Positions 35,741 to 47,265 of a DNA stretch of 64,000 nucleotides are shown here, piece by piece (position 1 is the stretch's first letter; each line of letters opens with the position of its first letter). The notes below the pieces were generated by a model. It saw only the letters and a list, made by a program, of their open reading frames with translations. It had not been told where the DNA came from and did no database searches. The position numbers and the translations under genes were made by a program. This stretch comes from Scyliorhinus canicula. Lineage: Eukaryota. The DNA lies in contig NW_024055487.1 in the NCBI RefSeq assembly GCF_902713615.1, positions 62,001-126,000 on the forward strand, written 5' to 3'.

Positions 35741-36675
35741 GAAAGTGAAGGAACGAAGTGAACAGATTGTTGTTCCTTTATAAAGTTAGAGTTTGTTCAA
35801 TTAAGAGGTGCTTTTAGCGTGGCTAGTCCACTTAGCCTGTACATCTAGGTTGTGGGAGTGAGAATGTTCAAACACCACACGGGCAGTGATCTGGGACCGG
35901 GATCGAACCCGTGTCCTCAGTGCAATGAGGCAGTAGTGCCAACCATTGCGCCACCGGGCCGCCCTGAGTTTAAGCAGGGTTGATATAAATCTACTTGAAT
36001 CTGCGGCATTTTTTGGGACCTCTGATGCAGGCACTTCATAGACATTCCCGATCGTTAATTACACATAGCCTATGTGTATTAATATGCTAATCTGGTTTAA
36101 TTAACACGATAACTACTTACTGTGCCAAAGCGCCGCTAGTATTATCACAAACATGTCTGACTGAATCTCTCCCAGTGAACTGAACTGGACTGAGTCAGGG
36201 ATTGTGTCGGAGAGAGGGAACTTAGTGCAGTGCAGGGAGAGGGTCTATTGTGACATCACTCGCCTCCCATCCTATCGGCTTGGCCGACACCATCAGGTGA
36301 GTTTCTGACGCCCGTGCTTGAATTTGGCGCCCTCTGCTGCCGGATTCGGTTTACTCCGTGTTAGAATTCGGCTGTTGAGTGGATTCAGTGTTGACTGCAA
36401 TGCATATCAGGGCGAAAAACCTAGACAGAAATCTAAATTTCAGCTATTTATACACCATCTTTGTCACTAGTTTTCTTTATTTTGGTTCTGACGAAGAAGG
36501 TACAAAAGGGGAACTGCTGTGAACATCGCTTTTTTCAGAGACCAGATTGTCTGGAATTATTTTCATTAGCTGAAGGTTAAACGTTCTATGAAGAAGATAG
36601 GTGAATTATATTTCATGCAGCAAGTGTTTGTGAGACAATGAAACGTTACAGAGGACTTTGAATGGATCAGCACCA

Positions 36676-36747
36676 AGGCACGGGCGGGATTCGAACCCGC
36701 GATTTTTGGTTTACGAGACCAACGCCTTTCCTCTTGGCCACCGCACC
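36676..36747 (-). tRNA. tRNA-Thr-CGT: tRNA-Thr(CGT)
   Basis: GGTGCGGTGGCCAAGAGGAAAGGCGTTGGTCTCGTAAACCAAAAATCGCGGGTTCGAATCCCGCCCGTGCCT, 72 nt. Confidence 0.88.
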
Positions 36748-37288
36748 TTAGGCAAGGTAATGATGTTGATTGCACTGTGAATTGTTATCATTTGGAGTGT
36801 GGCGCAACAATTGGTGAGTGAAGATGAATCAATAGAACATTTCAAAAAATTGTCAGAACTTGAGAACGGAAAACCCCGCGGGATTTAAATGCAGGGTGAA
36901 AAGGGCAATAGAAAAAGCTCTTTCAAATAGGCGCAGGTAGCGTCAGTTCAATCTGCCCCCACCCCTCCGACACTATATTGTTCTCAGTGAGTTGAGCAGG
37001 TGCAGGATGGTCACGGGCTGCTGGGTGCTCAACTGTCGCTATTTCCGCTCCATCACTTGTGACTGCAGCTGATAACCGCCGCACAATTTTCAGCTTTGAG
37101 TCTGCGGTGCCCCGGTCACAGTTTCCGTTTGATGCCCTTGCCCCAACACCATTGGGATATTCTAGACATTGCTGCCGCTGCTCGATTCCTGTCATTGGTT
37201 GGATTAGCAATGCAGTGGGACCTGAATCTGGATTGCTGCTCTGACAGATAATTGGCTGCCCTGAAGAGCGATTGATTCAGGAACGATC

Positions 37289-37570
37289 GCGAGGAACCGC
37301 CTCGTCACCCTCCTCATTATGATCTCGCTACTCAGTATTTCCTTCACTGCAAAACCCCCATTCTCCCCTTACTGAGTAACCAGATATTATTGTTAATTAA
37401 ATAATAATGAGTATGGTGCAGGTGACCGTTACGTTGGTCAATATGAGGCTGATTCTGAATTTTGAGATTATTATTGTTTTCTGTTCGTTTCTATCAGACT
37501 GGAGCCACCAAGACCCAGTGGAACATCTGGACGCTGAAATGAGGGTTGAAGAGGATACTGACGTCACACA
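37289..37570 (+). pseudogene. Truncated TCR V pseudogene (WSHQD family)
   Basis: Leader homolog with ATG changed to GCG and damaged donor; V exon start DWSHQDPVEHLDAEMRVEE, then homology ends. Confidence 0.8.
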
Positions 37571-37946
37571 TCAATACAATCGATACTGACGATCCTGATA
37601 CACAGTCAGCATCGGGCAGCCTGCACGGTTCATATTCCGTCTGATTGGAGAGAATCTGCGTAGCAGCAAATGTAGAAGTGATCGCAATATGACACATATA
37701 TAGAGAAATAACAGCACACAAATATAGAGATCCCTACATGTGTCTGTGCCGTCAATCACATTATAGCAGAAAGGCAGTGGGTCCCAGAAACAAACCGACA
37801 CCAAGAGGGGTAGGGGTATGTGTGTGTGTGTGTGGAGGGGGTGGGGGGGGGGGGGGGGGTGATATTCATCTCTCAAGGTGGATGCGAGAGGGCGGTCAGA
37901 AAGACCATCGCCATTTATTTTTATGTGAAAATGGAGCAAGACGGGT

Positions 37947-38290
37947 TATTGGATTGGATTTGTTTATTACCGAGGTACAGTGAAAAGTATTTTTCTGCAA
38001 GCAGCTCAACAGATCATTCAGTACATGGAAGAAAAGGGAATTAAACAACATTCAACAAAATACAAGAAAATACATGGGACTACATAATAGGGCAACACAA
38101 GATATACAATGTAACTACATATGCATTGGCATCGGTTGAAGTACACAGGGTATAGAGTTAATGAGGTCAGTCAATAAGAGAGTCATTTCGGAGTCTTGTG
38201 ACAGTGGGGAAGAAGCTGTTTTTGAGTCTGTTCGTGCGTGTTCTCAGACTTCTATATCTCCTGCCCGATGGAAGAAGTTGGAAAAGCTCT
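37947..38290 (-). mobile_element. Rex1-like 3' fragment
   Basis: Matches 8000-8345 including the GGATT tail. Confidence 0.8.
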
Positions 38291-39467
38291 TTGTCCCTTT
38301 CATTTTATCAGATCAACAACTTCAGACTGTGAACTCTCACTTCCCCCTCCACCACATGTTTTTTCCATCAACTTATCATTCCTTCCATTGATATATTTTA
38401 CCCTCAGCATTCCCCACCTCCCCCCAGCCCATACCATCCTACTTGATCAATCAGATCCCTGTTTGTAATTGTTCTCTGACGCATTGCTTACATTTGTTCT
38501 GCCATTAACACATTCTGACCGCTTGATGCAACATCAGCACCTTTCATAGCCTTGATTAGCTTCATTTACATTCCCTTTTTCTTTCTGCCCGAGACATTTT
38601 CGTCATTTCCCACCTATTGCTAGCCCTCTATCGAGACCCAATACAGCACTCCACCACCCCGACCCCCCACCCACACCCCCCACCCACAATCATCTGAATA
38701 TCCAGTTCCAGTTCTCCAGCTTTGACAAAGAGTCCACTTGACTGGAAACGACAGCTGCCATTTCGCTCCCCAGAGGCTGTCAGACCTGCTGAGATTATCC
38801 AGTATTTTCTATTTTAGTTTCCGTTTGAAGCATCCGCAGTCAGTTGCATTTGTCATACATTTAGACATGTTTGAGATGGTAATTAAATGTGTTCATTTGT
38901 AAATCGCTGAAATTCTGTTCGGATGAACTAGCTGCCAATATCCCAGCTGTGCCAAGATATGGAAACTCTTCACCTCTCATTGCCTGCCGAAAATTCAGTG
39001 CTTGGGCCTTAATGTTCAATTCAGTTTGGTGGCTCATGTGAGACGAAATCTCATAGTCCTGGAACACACGAGATTCCGGCAGCATTCAGGAAACAGAATT
39101 ATTTTGTGCGCAATAATTGTGCAAACGCTTCTCACACGTGCCTATTCAGAGGATGGGGGCTGTTCCACGACATTGTGCTGAGCTACATGGGAACATTGCA
39201 GCAAGCCAAGATCGGACATTTGGACATGAGAGCAGGACAGTGAGTTCAAATAGCAAGCGACAGGAGAGTCTGCCGCCAGCTTGTCGATGGAGCGAAGGTG
39301 TTTTGCAAAGTGTTCACCCAGTCAGCATTTAGTGTCTCCAATGCAGAGTAGATGGCATTGGGATCATTAACCCCTGGAGTAAATTATTCCTCGGTAAGCC
39401 AAAGAAGGACTTTTACAGATGTCGCGCCTTTTACCGACTCCGGATGTCCGAAAGCACTTTTCAAGTG

Positions 39468-39785
39468 GGCAGCACGGTAGCATGTTGGTTAGCCTAATTG
39501 CTTCACAGCTCCAGGGTCCCAGGTTCGATTCCCGGCGCGTCTTCCTCTGGGTGCTCGGGTTTCCTCCGGGTGCTCCGGTTTCCTCCCACGATCCAAAGAT
39601 GTGCGGGCTAGGTGGATTGGCCAGGCTAAATTGCCCTTAGTGTCCTTAAAAAATAATGTTAATGGGGGTTGTTGGGTTACTGGTATAGGGTGGATACGTG
39701 GGCTTGAGTAGGGTGATCATTGCTCGGCACAACATTGAGGGCCGAAGGGCCTGTTCTGTGCTGTACTGTTTTAATTCTAATATAG
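39468..39785 (+). mobile_element. V-SINE
   Basis: SINE head, V domain and tail. Confidence 0.8.
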
Positions 39786-39941
39786 GTTCTTCTACTGGCT
39801 TGTAAGTTTAGACATCTATTTTAAAGAAACAGACATGTCCTTGTAAGAAGTGACATGGCCTCTTAGCCGAACCATGCGAAGCTGCAACAAGGCAGCTGAG
39901 TTGAAGGTGACACAGGTCCGTTGGAGTTTGCGCTGCCAGCG

Positions 39942-40014
39942 GTTTCTGTAGTGTAGTGGTTATCACATTCGCTTTACACGCGAATGGTCCCCGGTTCGAA
40001 ACCGGCCCGAAACA
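39942..40014 (+). tRNA. tRNA-Val-TAC: tRNA-Val(TAC)
   Basis: GTTTCTGTAGTGTAGTGGTTATCACATTCGCTTTACACGCGAATGGTCCCCGGTTCGAAACCGGCCCGAAACA. Confidence 0.85.
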
Positions 40015-40111
40015 TTCCAGAGAGATTCCAGTTTAGTCTGGTTCTAAATATTACCTCGATCTCGTAACTGGTCTTCATCATCGAGGAATAGCAAAAGCTT
40101 GTAACTGCTGT

Positions 40112-40172
40112 GGGCCAGTGGCGCAATGGATAACGCGTCTGTGTACGAATCAGGAGATTCCAGGCTGGCTCG
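40112..40172 (+). pseudogene. tRNA-Arg(ACG) pseudogene with 12-nt T-arm deletion
   Basis: GGGCCAGTGGCGCAATGGATAACGCG...GATTCCAGGCTGGCTCG, 61 nt. Confidence 0.85.
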
Positions 40173-40501
40173 CAGTTCCGAGTTTTGGCGTCACCTTTAG
40201 TTCAGTGGGTTGGACAACTGGTTCCCGATGCAGAGCAAAGTGAGCAGGGCATCATCAATTCTCGTTTCAGCTGTGGTTACTTATGAAAGCCATGCCCTCT
40301 CAATTTAACTTCAAGCAAAACATAACTTATCTCCAGTTCAGCAAAGTTCAATATCTGATCCTTTCATAAGTTCAGACATCAGTTTTAAAGAAACGGCTTC
40401 TTCCAATAAGTGACATGGCCTCTCAGCGGAACCGTTAGAAGCTGCAACAGTACATTGAGGTTCAACATTGCACAGGGCCACTGATTGTGATGCGCCCAGC
40501 A

Positions 40502-40574
40502 GTTTCTGTAGTGTAATGGTTATCACATTCGCCTAACATGCGAAAGGTTCGTGGTTCGAAACCGGGCAGGAACA
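40502..40574 (+). tRNA. tRNA-Val-AAC: tRNA-Val(AAC), several substitutions
   Basis: GTTTCTGTAGTGTAATGGTTATCACATTCGCCTAACATGCGAAAGGTTCGTGGTTCGAAACCGGGCAGGAACA. Confidence 0.82.
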
Positions 40575-42904
40575 TTCCGTACTTCTCATTCTGTGTGACG
40601 AATGTTTGCACAAAATACATTTCTTCCTCAATCTCGCACGTTCGAGGAACATGAGATTTGGTCTCGCATCAGATATTAGAATTCCTGCAACAAAGTCAGA
40701 AATACTGAATTTTCAAGACGCCAGGGGAAGAAAAGCCTTCCCTATTTTGCCACGATTCGAATATTAGCAGTTTGTTCATCCACCACAGAATCTATTGGGT
40801 TTACAGATGCAGATGAACATATTTAATCACCATTTCAAACATGTCTAAATGTACGATAAAAGCAATTTACTGCGGATGCGTCAATGGGAAAGAAAAACAG
40901 AAAACACAGGACAGTCTCAGCAGGTCTGACAGGCTCTGTGGAGAGAGATGGCAAGTGTCGTTTCGAGTCTGGGTGACTCTTTGTCGAAGCTGGACAACTG
41001 GATCTTGGCCAGGTTTAGACTGGCGGTGTGTGTGGGGGAAGTGGGGGTTGGGAGAGGGGAGCGTGAAGTATTGGGCCTCGACAGACGGCCAGCGATGGGT
41101 GGAGAATAACAAAAATGTGTTGGGTCGAAAGAAAAAGGGAATGTAAATGTTTCTAATCAAAGTTACGAACGGTGCTGACCGAGGCGATTAGAAGATTAGA
41201 ATGTGTTAATGACAGAGGACAATGAGGAACAAGGGGCGCATTTCCCAAGAGGGATGCGATTGGCTAGGTAGGGGAATGGGGAGGGGGAGACAATGGGAGA
41301 GGAAGACATATCAATGGAAGCAATGAAAATAAGTTGATGGAAATAAACATGTGGTGAAGTGGGAAGAGTGATTTCACGGTGCGAAGTTGTTGAGCGTACT
41401 GTAAAATCCGCAAGGCTGTACCGTGCCTATTCGGAGGATGGGGTGCTCTTCCTCGGCGTTGTGCTGAGCTACATGGGAACATTGCAGCGGGCCAAGATCG
41501 GACATGTGGACATGAGAGCACGTGAGTGAACGTGAGTTCAAATAGCAAGCGACAGGAGAGTCTGCCACCAGCTTGTCGATGGAGCGAAGGTGTTTTGCAA
41601 AGTGGTCACCCAGTCGGCATTTAGTCTCTCCAATGCAGAGTAGATGGCATTGGGATCAGCAAATGCAACAGGCCAGATTGAAGGATGTCTGAAAGTAATG
41701 TGTACTCAAAAGGACAGACACAAACGATACTGTAACTGACTTAGAGGAAATGCCAGAGACTAAACTGAAGCAGCTTTGGGAAAGAAAAAACGGTCTTCCT
41801 GACGGAGAAACAGGAAAAGCCAGTGTGGGAATCCAGGCTCAATGTTGATTTACAATTACCCCTCCTTTCTTCTACATGAACGGTATTTAGGCTGCAGCAT
41901 TTTCGAGCAACATGAGATTTGGTCTCGCATCAGATATTAAAATTCCTGCAGCAAAGTTAGAAATACTGAATTTTCAAGAAGCCAGGGGAAGAAAAGCCTT
42001 CCCTATTTTTCCACGATTAGGATATTAGCAGTTTGTTCATCCACCACAGAATCTATTGGGTTTACAGATGCAGATGAACATATTTAATCACCATTTCAAA
42101 CATGTCTAAATGTACGATAAAAGCATCTTACTGCGGATGCGTCAATGGGGAACAAAAAAAGAAAACACAGGACAGTCTCAGCTGGTCTGGCAGCCTCTGT
42201 GGAGAGAGATGGCAGCTGACGTTTCGAGTCTGGGTGACTCTTTGTCAAAGCTGGAGAACGGGCAACAGGGTCAGATTCAGACTATTGTGGCTGGGGCGGG
42301 GCTGACGTGACGCATTGGTCCTCGGTAGAGTGTCAGCGACTGGTGGCAAATGACGAAAATGTGTTGGACAGAAAGGAAAAGGGAATGTAATTGAGGCTAA
42401 TCAGGGCTAAGAAAGGTGCTGATGGCGCATTAAGAGGTCAGAATGTGTTCATGGTAGAACAAAAGTAAGCAGCGACGCAGAGGAAAATGAGATTAAAATC
42501 GCTTATTGTCACTAGTGGGCTGCAAATAAAGTTACTGTCGCCACATTCCGGCGCCTGTTGGGGGAGGCTGGTATTGGCCTATCGTGGTCCGCTTGCAAAG
42601 CCAGCGATTTCGCACTGTGCTAATCCAGCCCCTGCAATAGAGATCAGATTGCTCAAGTGGGATCGGATGGGCTGGATGGAGGGGGCAATGGTGAGGGCAA
42701 AACATATCGTTGGAATTAATGAAAATAAGTTGATGGAAATAAACAGGTGGTTAAGGGGGTAGAGAGAGTTCACAGTCTGAGGTTGTTGAACCGAATGTTA
42801 AGTCGGGAAGGCTGTAACATGCCTAATCAGAGGATGAGGAGCTATTTCCCCAGTTTCTGCTGGGTTTCTATGGAACATTGCAGCAGACCAGGGTGGAACT
42901 GGTT

Positions 42905-43085
42905 AAGGGGCTGTTTAGCTCACAGGGCTAATCGCTGGCTTTGAAAGCAGACCAACACAAGCCAGTAGCGCAGTTCGATTCCCGTAACAGCCTCCCCGAA
43001 CAGGCGCTGGAATGTGGCGACTAGGGGCTTTTCACAGTAACTTCATTTGAAGCCTACTCGTGACAATAAGCGATTTTCATTTCAA
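42905..43085 (+). mobile_element. Second SINE family
   Basis: Same body as 12638-12800; an inverted copy lies at about 42490-42632. Confidence 0.75.
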
Positions 43086-43480
43086 ATGAAGACATAATAA
43101 ATAAGTACGTGAATGTAAATTGGGAATGTTTCACTGTCGAAATAAATATTGGGTAAAAATAGACTAGCGATTCAAGAAGGCAATTCACCATCACCGTCCC
43201 AATAGCAAATAGCTGTGGGCAATAAATGTGGGTGTTCGCATCCCCGAATGAATGAAATGGAACAGACAGAGAGCTGCCGGAATCCACCAGAATAGAGATA
43301 AGTGAATGTCCACTCATAGACAAGCTTTTCGAAAATGTTTCGATTTTCTCGGGAACGTATTGGTTCCCTGCAGTTTGAGCTCAGCTTCTCAAAGTAAACC
43401 CAATGTGAATGAATCCCGCCGTCTACGCCGCAAAGAAATGAAGAAAACATGTTGCTTGACCAACGGAAAACCTCATCAAA

Positions 43481-43568
43481 GAGCTCGTCCGGGATTAACC
43501 CGGGACCTCTCGCAAATTCCGACAGCGAGACACCCAAAGCGAGAATCATACCCCTAGACCAACGAACC
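43481..43568 (-). tRNA. tRNA-Pro-TGG: tRNA-Pro(TGG) with 18-nt intron, 2-nt T-loop deletion
   Basis: GGTTCGTTGGTCTAGGGGTATGATTCTCGCTTTGGG[TGTCTCGCTGTCGGAATT]TGCGAGAGGTCCCGGGTTAATCCCGGACGAGCTC. Confidence 0.85.
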
Positions 43569-45473
43569 CCTCGAAAGTAACGCAGCATACTGTCATTGCC
43601 ATCGAAAGTCGATCTAACATCTGCGGAGAAAGTGGAAAATACTGGAACAACTCAGGGAGTCAGGCGGCATTTCTCGACAGGACAACAAAGTTCGTCTTTC
43701 ACCATCACCTTTCGTTAAAACCGGGACAGGTTAGAAATGTAGGACGTCTTAACCAAGTGAACTCCCGGAGGGAGGAAACAGAACAACAGGAAAGGGCTCT
43801 GAAAGGGGGCAAGTCAGGAGAGATTAAATGGGAAAAGGCCTTGGCTTCCCTGGCCACAGAGTGAGGTCCGCATCGAATCAGAGAATGATTAGAAGGGACA
43901 CTCAATTGATGTGCTAAAACATATTGACTTTCGTGGTATATATCACTAGTAATTGTTTCTAAAAGCAGCAAACAAAATCTTCCCGATTACATGAAAAATT
44001 AGACAGTGAGAGATGAATTTTATTTATCATGATGAATTTTATTTACTGTGTTGCGATATGTTAACATCCGTACTTCCACCAAGATTCAACGGAAACTTTC
44101 AAAGGAGAATTGTGAAGGGAAGCATCATGGCTAATGTGAGGTGTGAAAGGCGATTGGGGCAGCGTTTTCAAATAGACACAGGAAAACTGAATCCTCATTC
44201 CGTTCCCTAAATCTCTATGATTTATGAGCGTTCATGTCACTCCCTCACTGTTTGTTCTCAGTCACTTGAGCAGTGAGCAGGTGCAGGATGGTCACAGGCC
44301 TCTGGAGATTGAACCGTCGCTATTTCAGCTCCAGCAGTTGATCCGCCGCACAGTTTGATCAGTTTAGAGTCTGCGGTGTCCACGACCACAGCTTCCGTTT
44401 GCTGCTCTCGATATGAACCGATTGTGCTGGTGGATACATCGCTGCCTCTGGCCCCTTCCTATCATTACTTCTGTAAACAATGCAGTGGTGCAGGAATCTG
44501 TATGGCTGCGTCAGCAGATAATTTCCTGCATTGAATAACCACGGAAGAACATTAGTTGTTGATCTAAAGTGCAACCACAAATGCTGTGTCTGATTCTATC
44601 ATATAAACATATAAAGTAGATGGAATGAGGCAGGAACTCAGAAGTAAATATAGTTTACATGAGTCAAAGAGGACAAAGATCTCAGGGATCGAATGCGAAA
44701 ATTTGGGAACACGATGCTGATGATGTTACAGAGTTAAAGGATCCAGGATTTATCAACAACGACGCAGGCATTAGAAAAGATACAGCAAGTGTAAATATGT
44801 ACATATCGCTGTTGGGAATGCTGTTCAAACATATGGATGGTTCTGTTACTCTTCTTTCGTTTGGTATTAACCGCACAGACAGAGTGTGGGAGGGATTGGG
44901 AAAGATGAAGCAGGGATGAAATACAATAATCCTGACCAGAGACTTCAGCAACTGGAGCAAGTGCACGAGAAACGTTGCCGGGAACAGAATCCATCAATCA
45001 GCTTAAGAAAGAAGTGGATAAATATCGGACCAGTAACTAGAAATTTAAAAATGATGAAATCTATGGAACAAGCAGATAATTAATCAGTGGATAAATCCTT
45101 AAGCGAGACAATACAAAATAATGGACCGAATTTCCTCTCTTTGGGCTGTAAAACACTATGATTGTAAGATAACCAATGGCTCTGCTCAGTCAGACAGGAA
45201 ACAGAGCACTGACTATCTGAATCATTGTAACCTGGTGTTACACACAGGAAGCAGAGAGGTTTGGAATCAGTGACGGTTCAAGTGGTCTATGGATTGAGAA
45301 ACAGCCAATCGCTCAGTGGCACCGTGAGTAACGCCAGGTCATGACATCCCATAATAGTCCAATCGGTGACAATGTGGCCCCTCAGTCTCACATTGAGGGA
45401 GGGAGGGGGGGGGGGGGCAAGTCCCAGTCTGGAAATCAGACCCGGATTGATCCGCCTTTTGTCCACTTTCATC

Positions 45474-45939
45474 ATGGTGACCAGGAATCCCAGGAAAGAG
45501 CTGTTTCCAGCTGGAACTATGAAGCTGCTGATATTGGGTGAGTTTATTTTCTTATCTGATGCATTGTTTTAACAATCTCATAACACCGTGTGGTTATGTG
45601 GATTTTGTTTTGTTCCCAGCCGTTCAGTGTGAGGATCAGAGCTCCCACCCTGAGCAGGCGGTGTCCCGGGAAGGGGATCGGGCTGAACTGAATTGCTGGC
45701 TCTCCATTGGTTCTGGCTATTTCGTAGTCTGGGACAGACAGACACTGACAGGGGCTCCCACATTATCGCCTCCATTTACCAGGGGACTGAGCCCAAAGGA
45801 CGCTACACCCTGTCCTTGGAGAGAACAAAGAAGTCCAATACCATCTGTATAGATGAGAGCACGGTCCAGGACTCCGGAATGTATCTCTGTGCGAAGCAGC
45901 CACAGTGCCATACAGAGCGGATCCGGCTGGATAATATCT
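45474..45939 (+). pseudogene. TCR V pseudogene with frameshift
   Basis: Donor GTGAGT 45538, acceptor 45619; AELNC...VWDRQ, frameshift near 45755, then HIIASIY...DSGMYLCAKQ; CACAGTG 45901, 23-nt spacer, degenerate nonamer ATAATATCT. Confidence 0.85.
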
Positions 45940-46066
45940 TGTTCTCTGTCGGGTCTCCGCTGCCCCGTTAACCTTTCCCCAAACCAGAACCTTTAGAGTT
46001 GCCGGTGATGGTCATAAATGTTACTTTCCCATGTTCAAACTTCTATCTGGACAATCTTCCAACGCA

Positions 46067-46355
46067 AGGGCAGCACGGTAGCATTGTGGATAGCACAATG
46101 GCTTCACAGCTTCAGGGTCCCAGGTTCCATTCCGGCTTGGGTCACTGTCTGTACGGAGTCTGCACATCCTCCCCGTGTGTTCAGGTCAGGTGGATGGCCA
46201 TGATAATTGCCCTTAGTGTCCAAAATTCACTTAGTGTTGGGTGGGGTTACTGGGTTATTGGGAGGTGTTGACCTTGGGGAATGTGCTCTTTCCAAGAGCC
46301 GGTGCAGACTCGATGGGCCGAATGGCCTCCTTCTGCACTGTAAATTCTATGATAA
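46067..46355 (+). mobile_element. V-SINE with internal deletion
   Basis: SINE head and tail. Confidence 0.75.
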
Positions 46356-46959
46356 AACATTATAGCTGTTACTAGTAACGTAAAGCCGCCATAGACCCAA
46401 ATCAGCACTTTGAGTGGAATGCTGACTGGTGGTGATTTAACCGCATGATCACCACATCGTCTGTCGAGGGACAAGGTTGGGAACTCGGGGCTTAGGAATA
46501 ACGTCTGTTATAGCTGTTACAGGAGATATAGAGGAACAGGGCAGGTTAAGTAAAGTTCTCTATTTAATTGTCCCAAACTAAAAAGTTAAGACACAGGCAG
46601 AAAATCTGACTCTTCTTTCTCTTTCAAATACTTAGCTTGACGTGCAAGAGAAAGATAGATAATGAATGATGCAGATAGATAGAAAAATTGATAGTCGGTA
46701 TATATATGGTTAGATAGTCATGGGAACACAGACAGACAAATAGAATGGTAGATAAATTCAGTAAGAAGTTCCGCAACAAAGCTGTTGGACTTCAACCTCC
46801 TGTGGTAAAACTTCTTACTCTCCCATCCCAGTCCGGCATCTTCACATCATGATAGATAGACTGTTAGATTAGCTTATTCTGCCTATATACTCAAGCACTT
46901 TATCTATTTCTCCTTGGATATATCGTGATGTTAATTTTATTTCTGTTTTAACAGCTGTT

Positions 46960-47265
46960 CCTTGTCATTCAGAGACATTTCAGATATCGATATCTCGGGT
47001 AACACAATGTTAGACTATCTCGCTTCAACACAACGCTACTTTCACTACAAATGACTGGTGCCGGCAGTTCTCCAATCAAGCTCCCGAGTATCTGGTCTCC
47101 ACACTAGGAGGTTAAAGAGTTCAGGGAAGGTTTAAAGTATCCCCGGACCTTGAGAAAGGCTCCACCACTCTCAGTGTTAACACAGTTGAGCTGACAGACT
47201 GTGCGGCGTATTACAATGCAGTGAGACACTGTGAAACGAAGAGTTGAGAACCCTGTACCCTGCTC
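46960..47265 (+). pseudogene. TCR V pseudogene
   Basis: DWCRQFSNQAPEYLVSTLGG*RVQGRFKVS...LTDCAAYYNAVR; CACTGTG 47227, 23-nt spacer, degenerate nonamer. Confidence 0.8.

Noticed and set aside
38715-38760. Second Penelope-type hammerhead-like motif (TTGACAAAGAGTC...GACTGGAAACG), also near 2520, 40960 and 42220
   Set aside because: Catalytic core is mutated in all copies
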